Below the pieces are notes generated by a model, which was not told the origin of the DNA, made no database searches, and was given only the letters and a program-made list of their open reading frames with translations. From Podarcis cretensis (taxonomy: Eukaryota), in the NCBI GenBank assembly GCA_951804945.1, contig OX638156.1, forward strand, positions 51,894,001 through 51,958,000: a stretch of DNA of 64,000 nucleotides. Direction: 5' to 3'. Below are positions 38,060-50,200 of this stretch, piece after piece. The translations under genes and the position numbers were made by a program. Every line of letters starts with the position of its first letter. Within the stretch, counting starts at the first letter, position 1.

Positions 38060-38610
38060 TGGCAACTAGGCAACCGGTGGGCAGGGCCCGAGCTCAGGAG
38101 TCCTATTCCCTCCTGTGGTTTCCAGCAACTGGTATCCAGCATTACATTACAGCCTCTGGCTGTGGAAACAGAGCAGAGCCACCATGGCTAGCAGCCGGTT
38201 GATAGCCCTCTCTTCCATGAATTTGTCTAATCCTCTTTGAAAGCCTTCCAGTTTGTTGGCCATCACTGCCTCCTGTGGGACTAAGTTTCATTGTTTAGCT
38301 ATGCGCTGTGTGAAGAAGCACTTTCTTCTGTCAGTTGGGTGTCTCCCAACATTCAGCTTCATTGGGTGCCCCAGAGTTCTAGTGTTATGGGAGAAGGAGA
38401 AAAAGTTTTCTCTATCCACTTTCTGCATGCCATGCATAATTTTATACAGTTCCATCATGTCACCTCTCACTCACCTTTTCTCTAAACTCAAAAGTCCCAA
38501 ATGCTGCAGCCTTCCTTTGTAGAGGAGTCGCTGCATCCCCTTAATAATCTGTGTTGCCCTTTTCCAACTCTACAACATCCTTTCTGCGGTGAGGCAGCCA
38601 GGAGCATGCA
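38060..38610 (-). mobile_element. CR1 LINE 3' fragment
   Basis: Minus-strand RGDMMELYKIMHG..TRTLGHPMKLNVGR..RKCFFTQR, typical of the CR1 ORF2 end. Confidence 0.85.
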
Positions 38611-40517
38611 TCGTTACTCAGATCCTTCCCTATGTTGCCATCTTCCCCTGTGTTTCTCTTCCACACACCCTCCACTTATCTGTTCATGGAATCAACTGCT
38701 TGAGTTGGAAGCCAAGCATTTATGTCTTCTGGCTGCCTGCAATAATGCAGCCATCAGCCTAGGCCCCAGCAATGCAAATGTTGCAAGTTTTATTGAATCC
38801 CCACGAGAAGGCTTTAAAAAAAAAAAATCATTCCAAAAGGCCTTCTTTATGTGGCTGAGTGAACCCAACTGTGATAATGTAACTAGCTCTGGTTTTGTCG
38901 GTTGTTTTATCTTGGCAAGGTATCTTTGCAAATTTCAGCAGCAGTAAACAGGCTTGCCCGTCGTGGCTCCAAATGGCATATAAGTGGCACATTGTTGGCT
39001 GGCAGAGAGGGAGAGCAATAGGACCCTCTCAGCTACCTCCGTCGGGCTGGGATTTATTTTGCTTAGCCAAGTGTGAAACTGTGGAGAGGTGGTTTTTTGT
39101 TTTCTTTTTTAAGGCTGTCAAGGCTGCATCAGACTCTGTCCTGGTTGATGGACAGGGCTGATAAAATGGGCAGATCAAAGAGGCAGCGGCCAGTGACCTC
39201 AGGCAACCCCTTCTGCAACATTTTGGTTCCCAAGCTGGGAGTAGAAGCAGCAGGAAGGAAGGTGGCCGAGGTTAGATCTCTTGGTGGAGTACTTGTCCAT
39301 CAGCCCAGTTGCCTAGCTGGAGATTTTGACAGCCCCACATATGTCCCCCTCCCCCCCAAGCTTCAAAATGAGAGCTGAAAGAAAATCCAACTTTCCGGAG
39401 AATACACTTGGAAATAACCAATCTAAGCTGCTTTACACTTAAAGTTAATGTCAGCTGAGGAATTAGCACCAAATTACTCCCGCTCAAATGCTGAGCCTGT
39501 AGTAAGGGCAAATGAAGCAGTTGACGCCCACTGCAAATGTCCATAGGAAGTTCTCTTACTGAGTTGGACCATTGCTCTATCTAGGTCAGTACTAGCTACA
39601 CTGGTTGGCAGCAGCTCTCTAGGGTTTCAGGCTGGGGACATTCACAGTCCCACCTGAAGATGCCATGGACTGCACCTGGAGGCTTCTGCATGAAAGGCAG
39701 ATGCTGTACCACTGAGCTGCAGCCTTTTCCCTTCAGCTGTGGTACCCTTGCTAAGAGGAAGCATGAAGTACTTTCCAAATAGCTGTGGGTTCAATTGCAT
39801 ATATTTTACCACCATCACAACATGTGACCTCACAGTGCAATTTTGGCTGCAAAATTTAGCCATCCTGAGCATCCTTATTTATTTCTTGTTTTAAGGTGCT
39901 AGTCCTTAAGATTGCAAAGTTAAGCTGAAAGAGTGTGGGCAGACCCAACCCAGTGACGACCAGAAATCTTACTTGGCAATCTCTTTGGCTTCTGAGATTT
40001 CACCATACAGTGCCTACACATTTTTGAGTGCCTCCTCAAGACCCTGCTTTGTGCTATTTCTGGGCCAGTCAGGAGACTAAGCCAGAGACTCTCACAAGAT
40101 TGACAACAGGAGCCTTTAGCAAAAGAGAATAAATACATTTGAGAGGGGTTACTTATACAATATCTCAAAAAGCAGGCCTTTTGATGCAGTGGGCAGGACT
40201 GCTTCGCTCAGACAAAAGCTCTCAGCTGGCTGCATGATGTAAATGCACGTTGCCTGTGGTCAAATCCATGCCATACATTCCATGCACTCAACAGTTATGG
40301 CATTCCCGAAAGTATCCTGGGAACCATAGCTTGTTATGGGTGCTGAGGGCTCTTACAAGACCCAGAACTAGCTGCCATTCCAAGGATATTTGGGAGGAAA
40401 ACATGACTCTGGTGTAAGAGCTTTAAGTGCATAGTGTAGATGTGACATATGAGCACAGGAAGCTGCTGAATCAGGCCATTGGATCCTTACATCTTTTGGT
40501 CTACTCCAGAGGTTTTC

Positions 40518-43500
40518 TTAGACCCAGCAAGGCCTCCCTTGGGATTGGACAAACCAGAGAAAGTGACACCACCGACAGAACAAGAACAATTACAAGGAGC
40601 AGTCGGAGGAAAAGCAAAGTAACTACACCATGTCTCTGCAGATATTAAGTTGGAATGTTTGTGGCCTCAATTCCCCAGATAAAAGGAAAAAAGTTTTTCA
40701 CCTGCTGAAAAAGGAACATTTGGACTTGATCTGCTTACAAGAAACTCATGTGACTAGGCTACACAGGAAAGTATTGATTAATAAAAGATTAGGTCAAGAG
40801 TTTATTTCATCAGATAAGGTCAAAAATAGAGGAGTTATTATTTATGCAAAAGAGAGCCTATTACCAAAGTTTATATTTAAAGATGACCAAGGAAGATTTG
40901 TGGCAATTGAAATTCAATTTCAAGGAGAGAAACTTTTGATAGTAGGAGTCTATGCACCAAACGAGGGGAAATCTGAATTTTTTAAGAAACTGCACGAGAC
41001 ATTGTTGGATTATATGGACTGTAATATTATTTTGATGGGAGACATGAATGGAGTGGTGTCTACAAATATGGATAAGTCACAAAGACAGGTAGTCACCAAA
41101 GATGGAAGACTACCCAAAACTTTTTTCGAGATGACTGATAATATGGACTTAATTGATACTTGGAGAACTAAAAAACCCCTGGGTAGAGAGAGGACTTTCT
41201 TTTCTGAAGCCAAAATGACATGGACAAGAATTGACCAAATCTGGATAACCAGAGGAATGGCTCCCAAGATTTGAAAAGTGGAAATTTGCCCTAAAACTTG
41301 CTCCGACCATAATCCTGTGAGAATGGAGATGAAACTAACACCGATTGGTTCCTTCAGATGGAGGATGAATGACACCTTGTTTAGAGACTCAGAAATTACT
41401 AAGAAGGCCCAAAAAATTATGAAGGACTATTTTGAGATAAATATGAAAACCACCGTTGAAAAAAGAGTAATCTGGGATGCAAGTAAAGCCGTTATGAGAG
41501 GATTTCTGATTCAACAGAATGCAATAAAAAAGAGAACCCAAAATGAGAAAAAAGAAAAGATTTTGGAAAAAATAAGAGAAGGTGAGAAGAAACTTAGAGC
41601 GAAACCAAAGTCGCAGGAGATTCTGAGAGAAATAAAGCTGTATCAAGTACAATACATGAAAATGATAAATCAGGACATAGAATGGAAAATTAAACAGATG
41701 AGACAAAAGACATTTGAATCGGCCAACAAATGTGGGAAACTACTAGCGTGGCAGATGAAAAAAAGACAAAAGTTAAATACTGTTACAAATCTTAAAGTGG
41801 AAGGAAAGAATATACAGAATCCACAGGAGATTAGAAACTGCTTCCAGAGATATTTCAAACAACTTTACACACAAGGGCCACAGAAAGAGATTGACATAGA
41901 CCAATTTTTGAAAATAAATGGATTACAAAAAATTTCTCAAGAAAATAAGTTATTGCTGAATTATAAAATAACTGAACAGGAGGTGGAAGGTGCTATTCAG
42001 AACATGCAGCTGGGTAAATCTCCAGGGCCGGACGGTTTAACCTCAAAATACTACAGAACTCTGAAAGACTGGATAATTCAACCACTAAAGGAAGTGTGTA
42101 ATGAAATTTTGGAGGGGGGGAAAGCGTCAGAGTCGTGGAAAGAAGCCTACATCACACTTATACCGAAAACCGAGTCTGAAAAGACACAACTTAAGAACTA
42201 CCGCCCCATATCCCTGCTTAATGTGGATTACAAAATATTTGCAGACGTTTTGGCTAAAAGATTGAAAAAAGTATTAATGGAGGAGATACATAAAGACCAA
42301 GCTGGCTTTCTTCCGGGTAGACATTTGTCTGATAACACGAGGAATATAATTAACATTTTAGAAAAACTTCAAACAAATATTAACACTAAAGCAGTTTTGA
42401 TATTCGTAGACACGGAGAAAGCTTTTGACAATATTTCTTGGAGTTTTATGAAGAAAAATCTTCAGGGGATGGGGGTTGGTCAAGGTTTTGAAAATGGTAT
42501 AGGTGCAATTTACTCAGAACAAAAGGCCAAACTGATAGTTAATAACGTGGTGACAGAATAATTTAAGATGGAGAAAGGGACACGACAAGGCTGCCCAATT
42601 TCCCCATTGCTTTTTGTTTCAGTCCTGGAGGTCCTGTTAAACATGATTAGGAGGGATCATCTGATTAAAGGTATTCAGGTCGGAGCCAAACAATACAAAC
42701 TTAAAGCTTTTGCAGATGACTTAGTATTGACATTACAGGAGCCAAAACCTAGTACTAAAAGGGTTTTGGAATTAATCCAGGAATTTGGTCAGGTGGCAGG
42801 TTTTAAGCTGAATAAGTTAAAAACCAAGGTTTTGGAGAAAAATTTAACACCAATTGAGAAAGAGAGGTTTCAGAAGGAGACAGGTTTAACATTGGTAAAA
42901 AAAGTAAAATACCTAGGGGTGAACATGACTTCTAAGAACGTGAACTTGTTTAAAGATAACTATGAGAAATGTTGGTCAGAAGTGAAAAAAGATCTTGAAA
43001 TATGGTCAAACCTGAAGCTTTCCTTGTTAGGCCGAATTGCTGTTATCAAAATGAATGTATTGCCAAGAATGCTGTTTTTATTTCAATCATTGCAAATCAT
43101 AGACAAGATGGAATGTTTCAAGAAGAGGCAGAGAGATATTTCTAGATTTGTCTGGCAGGGCAAGAACCCCAGAATAAAATTTAAAATACTTACGGATGCA
43201 AAGGACAGAGGTGGATTTGCCCTGCCAGACCTTAGATTGTATTATGAATCAGCAGCTTTTTGCTGGCTGAAAGAATGGCTGCTTCTTGAGAACACTGACA
43301 TCTTGGATTTAGAAGGTTTTGATAATGTTTTTGGGTGGCATGCATATTTGTGGTATGACAAGGTCAAAGCACATAAGGCATTTAAAAATCATATTGTCAG
43401 AAAAGCACTGTTTAATGTCTGGACAAAATACAAAGACTTACTTGAAAATAAAACCCCAAGGTGGCTATCATCTATGGAAGCGAAGGCTCGGAAAAAACTC

Positions 43501-44740
43501 AATATGGAGACCAATTGGCCAAAATATTGGGAAATTCTGGAACAGGAGGGTGACAAATTGAAATTGCAGAGTTATGAGAAGCTTAAAGATAAGGTGCGAG
43601 ACTGGCTTCATTATTTTCAAATAAGGGAGGCTTATAATTTGGATAAAAAAATTGGCTTCCAGGTGGAAAAATCAAAATTAGAAACAGAACTGTTAGAACC
43701 CAAAGCTAAGACACTATTAAGAATGTATAACTTGCTGTTGAAATGGAATACTGAGGATGAAACGGTAAAATCTGCTATGATAAAATGGGCACAAGATATC
43801 GGATATAACATTATGTTTGCTGACTGGGAGCAGTTGTGGACCACAGGTATGAAATTTACGACATGTAATGCCCTAAGAGAGAATATTATGAAAATGATGT
43901 ACAGGTGGTACATGACCCCAGTCAAGCTTGCAAAAATTTATCATTTGCCCAACAATAAGTGTTGGAAATGTAAAGAAAATGAAGGTACATTCTTTCACCT
44001 TTGGTGGACGTGCCCAAGGATTAAGGCTTTCTGGGAGATGATCTATAATGAAATGAAAAAGGTATTTAAATATACTTTCTTGAAGAAACCAGAGGCCTTT
44101 CTCCTGGGCATGGTTGGCCAATTGGTGCCAAAGAAGGATAGAACTTTCTTTATGTATGCTACAGCAGCAGCAAGAATACTTATCGCAAAGCATTGGAAGA
44201 CACAAGACCTACCCACCTTGGAAGAATGGCAGATGCAAGTAATGGACTATATGGAAATGGCGGAAATGACTGGCAGAATCCGAGACCAGGGAGAAGAGTT
44301 GGTGGAAGAAGATTGGAAGAAATTTAAAATCTATTTACAGAAACACTGTAAAATTTTTGAATGTTGATGACGTTGAAATGAAATGAAGTGGTTCTAGTAA
44401 CAAGGTAAAATAAGAATATGTAAGAATGGATTGATATTAGACGAAAATCTGAAGCTATATTATACGAGGATAAATAATTAAGGGTGAATTAAGAGGGTAT
44501 GAATTTGCTGAACCCATTTTTAAACGGAATACAAAAAAGGGAGGTGTGAGGAAGTCAGGAAAATAAGTAAATGAACAGTGAGAAATTAAAAAGAGGGATT
44601 TTTATTCTTTTTTCTTTTTCTTTTTTCTTTTTATGTTAAATTGTGGTTTTTTTATTTTTCTTGTGTTTTTTGTTTATTGTCTTGTAACTTTTTGTTTTTT
44701 CTGTTAAAAAATTTCAATAAAATATCATTTAAAAAAAAAA
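40518..44740 (+). mobile_element. 5'-truncated L1-clade LINE (copy B): end of ORF1, full-length ORF2, 3' UTR, poly(A)
   Basis: APE endonuclease (SWNVCGLN, LQETH, VYAPN, GDMN, RIDQIW, SDH), RT (FADD) and a Cys domain. A10 tail at 44731-44740. 16-bp TSD TACTCCAGAGGTTTTC at 40502-40517 and 44741-44756. Confidence 0.96.
40630..44367 (+). pseudogene. L1 ORF2 (EN-RT, 1245 codons) with two in-frame nonsense codons
   Basis: ORFs starting at 40630, 41278 and 42568 share one frame. Stops are TGA at 41272-41274 and TAA at 42559-42561. No frameshifts. Confidence 0.9.
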
Positions 44741-44745
44741 TACTC

Positions 44746-45205
44746 CAGAGGTTTTCAACCTTTTTGAGTCCATGGCTCCTTTGACCAACTACATTCTTTC
44801 TGTGGCACCCCTGTGGGGCTCAGGAGCCCAGTTATGTCACCCATTGCCTGCAGAGCTGGCAGCCTCTCACCTTTTTCAAACACCCTTCCTTGTGGAGTGT
44901 TCCTTTAGCCTCCTCTCCTCGGGAGTTCTCTGGGCAGCCACAGCTGCCCCCCTGGTCTCTGAGCTGCCCCACCCCACCCCACCCCAAAGAGAGGTGCCTC
45001 CTCACAATGCCCTGCAGGTGTCTGGCCAGCCCTAGAGGCACCATTCACCTGGGGAGCTTGTAGCCAGGGCCACTGCAATAAACAGCCATGCAAGCCAGAG
45101 CCAGAGATGCAGAGGGCATCAGAGGAAGGAGGGAAGAGGGACAGAGGCCAATGTTGCCCTCGGCACCCCTGACCATTGTTCAAGGCACCCCAGAGTAAAC
45201 CACTG
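44746..45205. mobile_element. hAT/Charlie-like MITE whose left end was hit by L1 copy B
   Basis: Left end CAGAGGTTTTCAACCTTT, right end AAACCACTG. Decayed 8-bp TSD GTCTACTC (40499-40506) / ATCTGCTC (45206-45213). Confidence 0.65.
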
Positions 45206-47000
45206 ATCTGCTCTGACCAGAAGCAGCTCTTTAAGGTCAGAAGGAAGCCTTTCACATCTCCTCCTGCCGGATGGTTTCAACCAGAGATTGAACCTGGAAC
45301 CTTTTGCATTAAAATCATGTCTGTCACTATGGGACCCTCCTTTGAGCATCAAACATCCAGGTGGTTGGGGCTTCCCTTGTGTAACTCAGCTGGCCTTTCA
45401 ACAGCTGTCATCCACCATCTGGAGGTTACTATGTTGGCTAATCCTGGAAAAGAGGATGCTTTGGGGGAGGCCCCAAATGACCCTGAAATATCTTCCATGC
45501 CATCTCAGAAATTGTCTCCCCCCAAAAAAAAAAGTCAACAGGCAACAGGCCCCATGTCCAGATTTTTGCATTTGGGGGCCTGCCCATCTTTCCGCACATG
45601 GGTGCCCAGTGCCCAAGACTGGCACATGTATTTGAGCCAATCCCACAGTCGTAACATCACAGACTAAGAGACCCTTGCTGCTCATGTGCTGCTTACAGGC
45701 ACCCCATTGGACTAGAGAAGACCCCCTTTGGCCCCATGTAGGTGCTGCCCGGCTCTGCAAGTGTCCTTCACTTTTGCATGCAAGTCAAGTCACCTTCTGC
45801 GCAAGGCCTTGCACCAATGGAGGCTGTGCTGCCATTCATCTGCCAGCAATCAAGCAGAAGAATAGGGCAGAGCAGCTGTTTCTGGACATGAAACGATGAT
45901 CGGTGCCAGGAGAGAATCTGGGGGGTGGGGTGGGGGTGAAGGGAGAAATCCAGAGAGCCCAGCTTAAGAAATCAAAGGTAGAGCTTTCTCCTGACTATAA
46001 GCCATAGGCGGGGCACTTCTGTCATCTGCTCCTGCTAAGAGAAATATCGTTTTAAGGCAATAAAAATGCCACCCTCAGCAGGTTTTAGCCAGAGGTAAAT
46101 TACTTATAATAACCTTTGAAGTGCTGGAGGGATGCTGGTGGGGGTGGGAGTGGGGGGCTGATTGCCACAGCTGGATATGTCTGTCAGGAGTGTGGACTCT
46201 CCCCCCCCCCCTAAGGCCTGTAAACAGCTTGGGTTTCTCAAAGGTACTTTTGCACTTAAAAGCTTGGTCCTTCCTACTGTTCGCACCTGGGCTGGATGGA
46301 GAGGCCCTAAGCGCTGAAAATATTATGGCACTCCCCCCCATAAGTAATTCAAAATACAAATAATAGTAAATTATAAAATAATTTCCCCCCAAAATGACAC
46401 AAATGATACATGTATGCTGAAATGTGCATGCATATAGTTCATGTGCAGCACCTGACAGAATCTGATTTCCTGGCATTATTTCCGCCTATGTTAGTAGGAC
46501 ACCCCACTCCTGGTTTAGGTGGGGATAAGTAATAAAATAGAACAGAAAAATAGGGAAAGAATGTGGAGGCTAAGGAAGTCTTAGAAAGTTCAGATTTTTC
46601 CTGTGATGCTTAAAACCCCCCAAAACCAATTGTCAGATTATTTCAAAAAATTCTCATTTGCTGGTGCCCTGAGCTTGTGCTTTTCCTGCCTCTTGGGTAA
46701 CACAGTTCCCTGGTTCTGACCCAGGATGGGGCCAGTGCTAACCCCAGTAGGCAGTAAGTGACAGGGGACTCTGTCCATTTCCTGACATGGCCAACTCTTC
46801 CCTCAAAGCACCCTGCTGATTCCTGGAATCAACTCCTTCCAATCTCAAGCAAAGTTTCAGTCTTGAACATGAGTTTGATATGTTTTTGCTTACATTCTGC
46901 TATCAGGGAGAAGCAGCCTTAGTCCTTGGGTTTTGTCACCAAATATTGTAAACATTTAAATATTTGAGCATTGTAATATGAGACTGCAGAGCTTCTGAAT

Positions 47001-47025
47001 CTCACGAGGCTTTTCTCTCTTGCAG
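47001..47025 (+). promoter_or_regulatory. ZNF469: 3' splice acceptor of the ZNF469 coding exon
   Basis: CTCAC branch-point-like motif at 47001, polypyrimidine tract ttttctctctt, then tgcAG|gtccc; 202 nt upstream of the ATG. Confidence 0.8.
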
Positions 47026-47227
47026 GTCCCATGTGGAATCCTGAGATGAACCCCCAACAGGCCTCATACGCAAGTCCTGCCCCATAGCCAGGATGGAACT
47101 GGGAGCTGTCCGAGAGGTTGAGGTGCCTCACAGCTGCTGGAGAAGAAGGGATGATGGTTGCCATGGAGGACTCCCGTGCTGAGGGGCTGAAGGAAACCAG
47201 TTCCTTTTAGGCCTGGTGCTTAGTACC

Positions 47228-50200
47228 ATGATGGGAGAGACACAGCATGCTTATGCCACCAACGATACTGAGCCCAGCGCCCAAGACAAAGATACTGGCT
47301 TTGAGCAATTTGGCAAGAAAGACGTGGGTGAATTTGATGGTCAGCTCCAGGAAGGCTCAGAGTCATGTCTCCACACTGGGACTGAGAATGGGTCCAGCTT
47401 CACTGGTGTCAAGGACAAGGAGCCACACAATCAAAGGGAAGCTGTGATCCGGCCTCAGCAAGCAGGCAAGATAGACTTCAAGTCCCTCCACAACAGGCCC
47501 AAGTTCCTTAGCGATGGCCCTTGGGGTTCTGTCAAAGGAAGCCCCCAGTCTCCCCCTGGAAAGAGCAGAGCGCGGGATAAGAACAAGCGGTCTGGAAAAG
47601 GAGAGCGTGGCCACCAGCAGCTCTATAGACTCACTATCAGCAATGCCAGACCAAACCCCACCATTGGTATTGCTTATCCCCAGCAGAAGGTCACCCCGCC
47701 CAAGAAGGTCGAAGTGGGCCGGGGACCCATCTCGGGGAGCTACAGGTTCCACGTCCCCAGTATCCCCGAGAGAGAGGTAGAACTGCAGCAGGAAGACCTC
47801 AGTTTCGCACGGTGTTTTCCTGAGGCCCCCTCAAGCCATATCTCTAGCAACTTTACCTCCCCAACACCAACCGCGCGCCCAGCCCATAGCGCAAAGCTTC
47901 AGCTGCCAGCCGGTGTTCCTCATGAAAACTCTGGCACCAATGGGCAGCTGCATTATGTGGAGTTCCAGGGTAATGGGAATAGCTCATGGCCTTTGCCAGA
48001 GAAAAGCCTCCCAGGTGCTAACAATGGACTCTCTGCCCCCAAAGCTTGCCCCTTGTTTCCCGAGAGCAGCAAACCTAGCACACACTGTGTGGGGCCCTTG
48101 TCGTTCCAGTACCCCTTCCAGACTTTGCACAGCTCTGCTGCGGACCCTTTCCAAGGCGACATTCATGCTCAAGATTACATCGATGTGTCGCTGGCCGCCA
48201 GTCAGGCTTCTCATGGTGCTTTTGCCTTCCATCCTTCCTCCAGGGAATGGAAAGAGGAAGCTCTCGCCGGTGGCTCCTATGACCACGTTGGCCTGGAGGG
48301 CAGGATGTACGGGTTGGCTCCCCAGCAGGCTCCCTTCCTCCCATCACAGACTCAAGGGCATTTGCCTTGCTACAAAGGAAGGAATGAACATTCCACTGAC
48401 CACAATGGTGCTATCTCTCCTTCTGGTGCTATCGACCAAACTTCAAGCACTTTCCAAGAAAACCAAGGCGTTTTCCCACCCAGTTTACACGTCTCTAGTT
48501 TGCCAAAGCCAATCGGGAAGAGGCAGTCCTTGTTGACAGACAACGTAGCTAGTCAAAGGATACTGGATCCCGGTGGTACTCTGAGAAGGAACATGCCACA
48601 GGTCTCTCTACCCCAAGTGCACTTTCAGAACAAGCCTTATGGCGACCCCACGGCCAGTGCTGCCAGCCTGGGCTCAGTGCCTTTCGAGAAGAGCCTTCCC
48701 ACTACTGTGCAGGCCCAACCCCGGCTCTTGCAGTCTTGGGAGGGAGGCAAGAAGGCTTACCCTCCCATGGAACAAAGCTCATCCGTGTACCCAAGCCCTG
48801 CTGGGAACCAGCTCTCGTTTGGGTGCCACCCAGGGGCAGAACAGAGGCAGCACATAAAGAAGGCCTGGCAGCAGCTGCGCCTCACCTCCGCAATGCCCAG
48901 CCAAGACCGAATTGAGCTGTCAAGGAAGCTGGCCAGCCAGAAGCCACCTTTTCCTCTTGGAGCATCAGACTGGGACAGCAGCAGCAAGGTTCAGAAGAAC
49001 TCCACTCCCAGCTATCCAAGTAAAGTCCTGCTGACTGGGGAGGGGGTTGTCAGGCAGCAGCATGATCCAGGATCAAAGAACTGCACTCCGGCCAACGCTT
49101 TTGGCTTTGACGGGGCAAAGGACACGGAACTTCCTGGCATGTGTGTTTCCAGGGGCAAGCCCCTCTTCTTCAGCGTGAGCCAAGCACTGCCGCTAACTTC
49201 CTCTCGTCTCTCTTCCAACCCAGCTTTGGTGTTGCCACCGTCAGCCTTGACGGCCTCCCCAGCTGATTCTCCTCTCCCATCACCTGCTCCCCACCAGGCC
49301 AGCAGCGGCAGCACCTGCTCATCCCTCTCGCCCACGTCAAGCAGCCCAAACAGCCACAGTTTTGAAGATGGCACTGTGCTGACCACGTCGCCCTTCTTTC
49401 ACCACCAGTGCCACCCAAAGGATCTCAGTGAGCCTTTCCATGCCTCCGACTCACTGAGCTCAACCACAATCCACTACCAGGCAGCAGACCCTCTCAAGGG
49501 CTTTCATCTCTCCCAAGGTGCCTCAAAGGATGAACTCCTCTACAGAGGCGTCCCTGTGGACAGCCACGTCCAGAAGCCAGAAGCGGATGCCTCCAAAGGG
49601 TGTCTGGAGGGCTTTGAGGCTGAGCTGCCTCCACCGCCTTATTCCTCACATCACTTCCTGGCAAGCACACTGAGCAGCACCAGCCTCGACCAGCTGGATG
49701 TCTTCCTGACCTGCAAGCAATGTGACCAGAACTTCAGCACTCTCTCCTCTTTCCTGGACCACCGTCAGTTCTGCAGTTCTCACACAGCTCTCCAGGGCCC
49801 ATCAAAAGGCTCTTCCCGGGGGGCGGAGATCCGGAGGCAACATCAGGTGCCTCCTGAGTCCACAAAGCATCCGCAAGCTGGCCTGGGCCTCCTGCTGCCT
49901 CCTGTTGATTTTGCAGATGGAGAGAGCAAAGGGGAATCCAAGGAGGACCCTCTGAAGGCGAGCCAGCTGAACGGCCTTGCCCCAAACCCCATGCCGCTTA
50001 GCGCTTCTGACTTGGAGATAGACGACGCAAAGCTCGACAGTTTGATCACGGAAGCTCTGAACGGACTTGGGTACCAGTCAGATAACCCTGAGATTGACAG
50101 CAGCTTCATCGATGTGTTTGCTGATGAAGAATTGGCCTCTGTGAAGGTCACCAATGGTGGGACCACTTACAAAGCAAAAGAGAGCGTTGGTTCGGGGAAG

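Noticed and set aside
42700-42725. FADD rather than YADD at the RT active site
   Set aside because: FADD is normal for L1-clade reverse transcriptases and is not a defect.
47216-47227. ORF-track start at 47216
   Set aside because: It is a GTG codon; the first in-frame ATG with good context is 47228.
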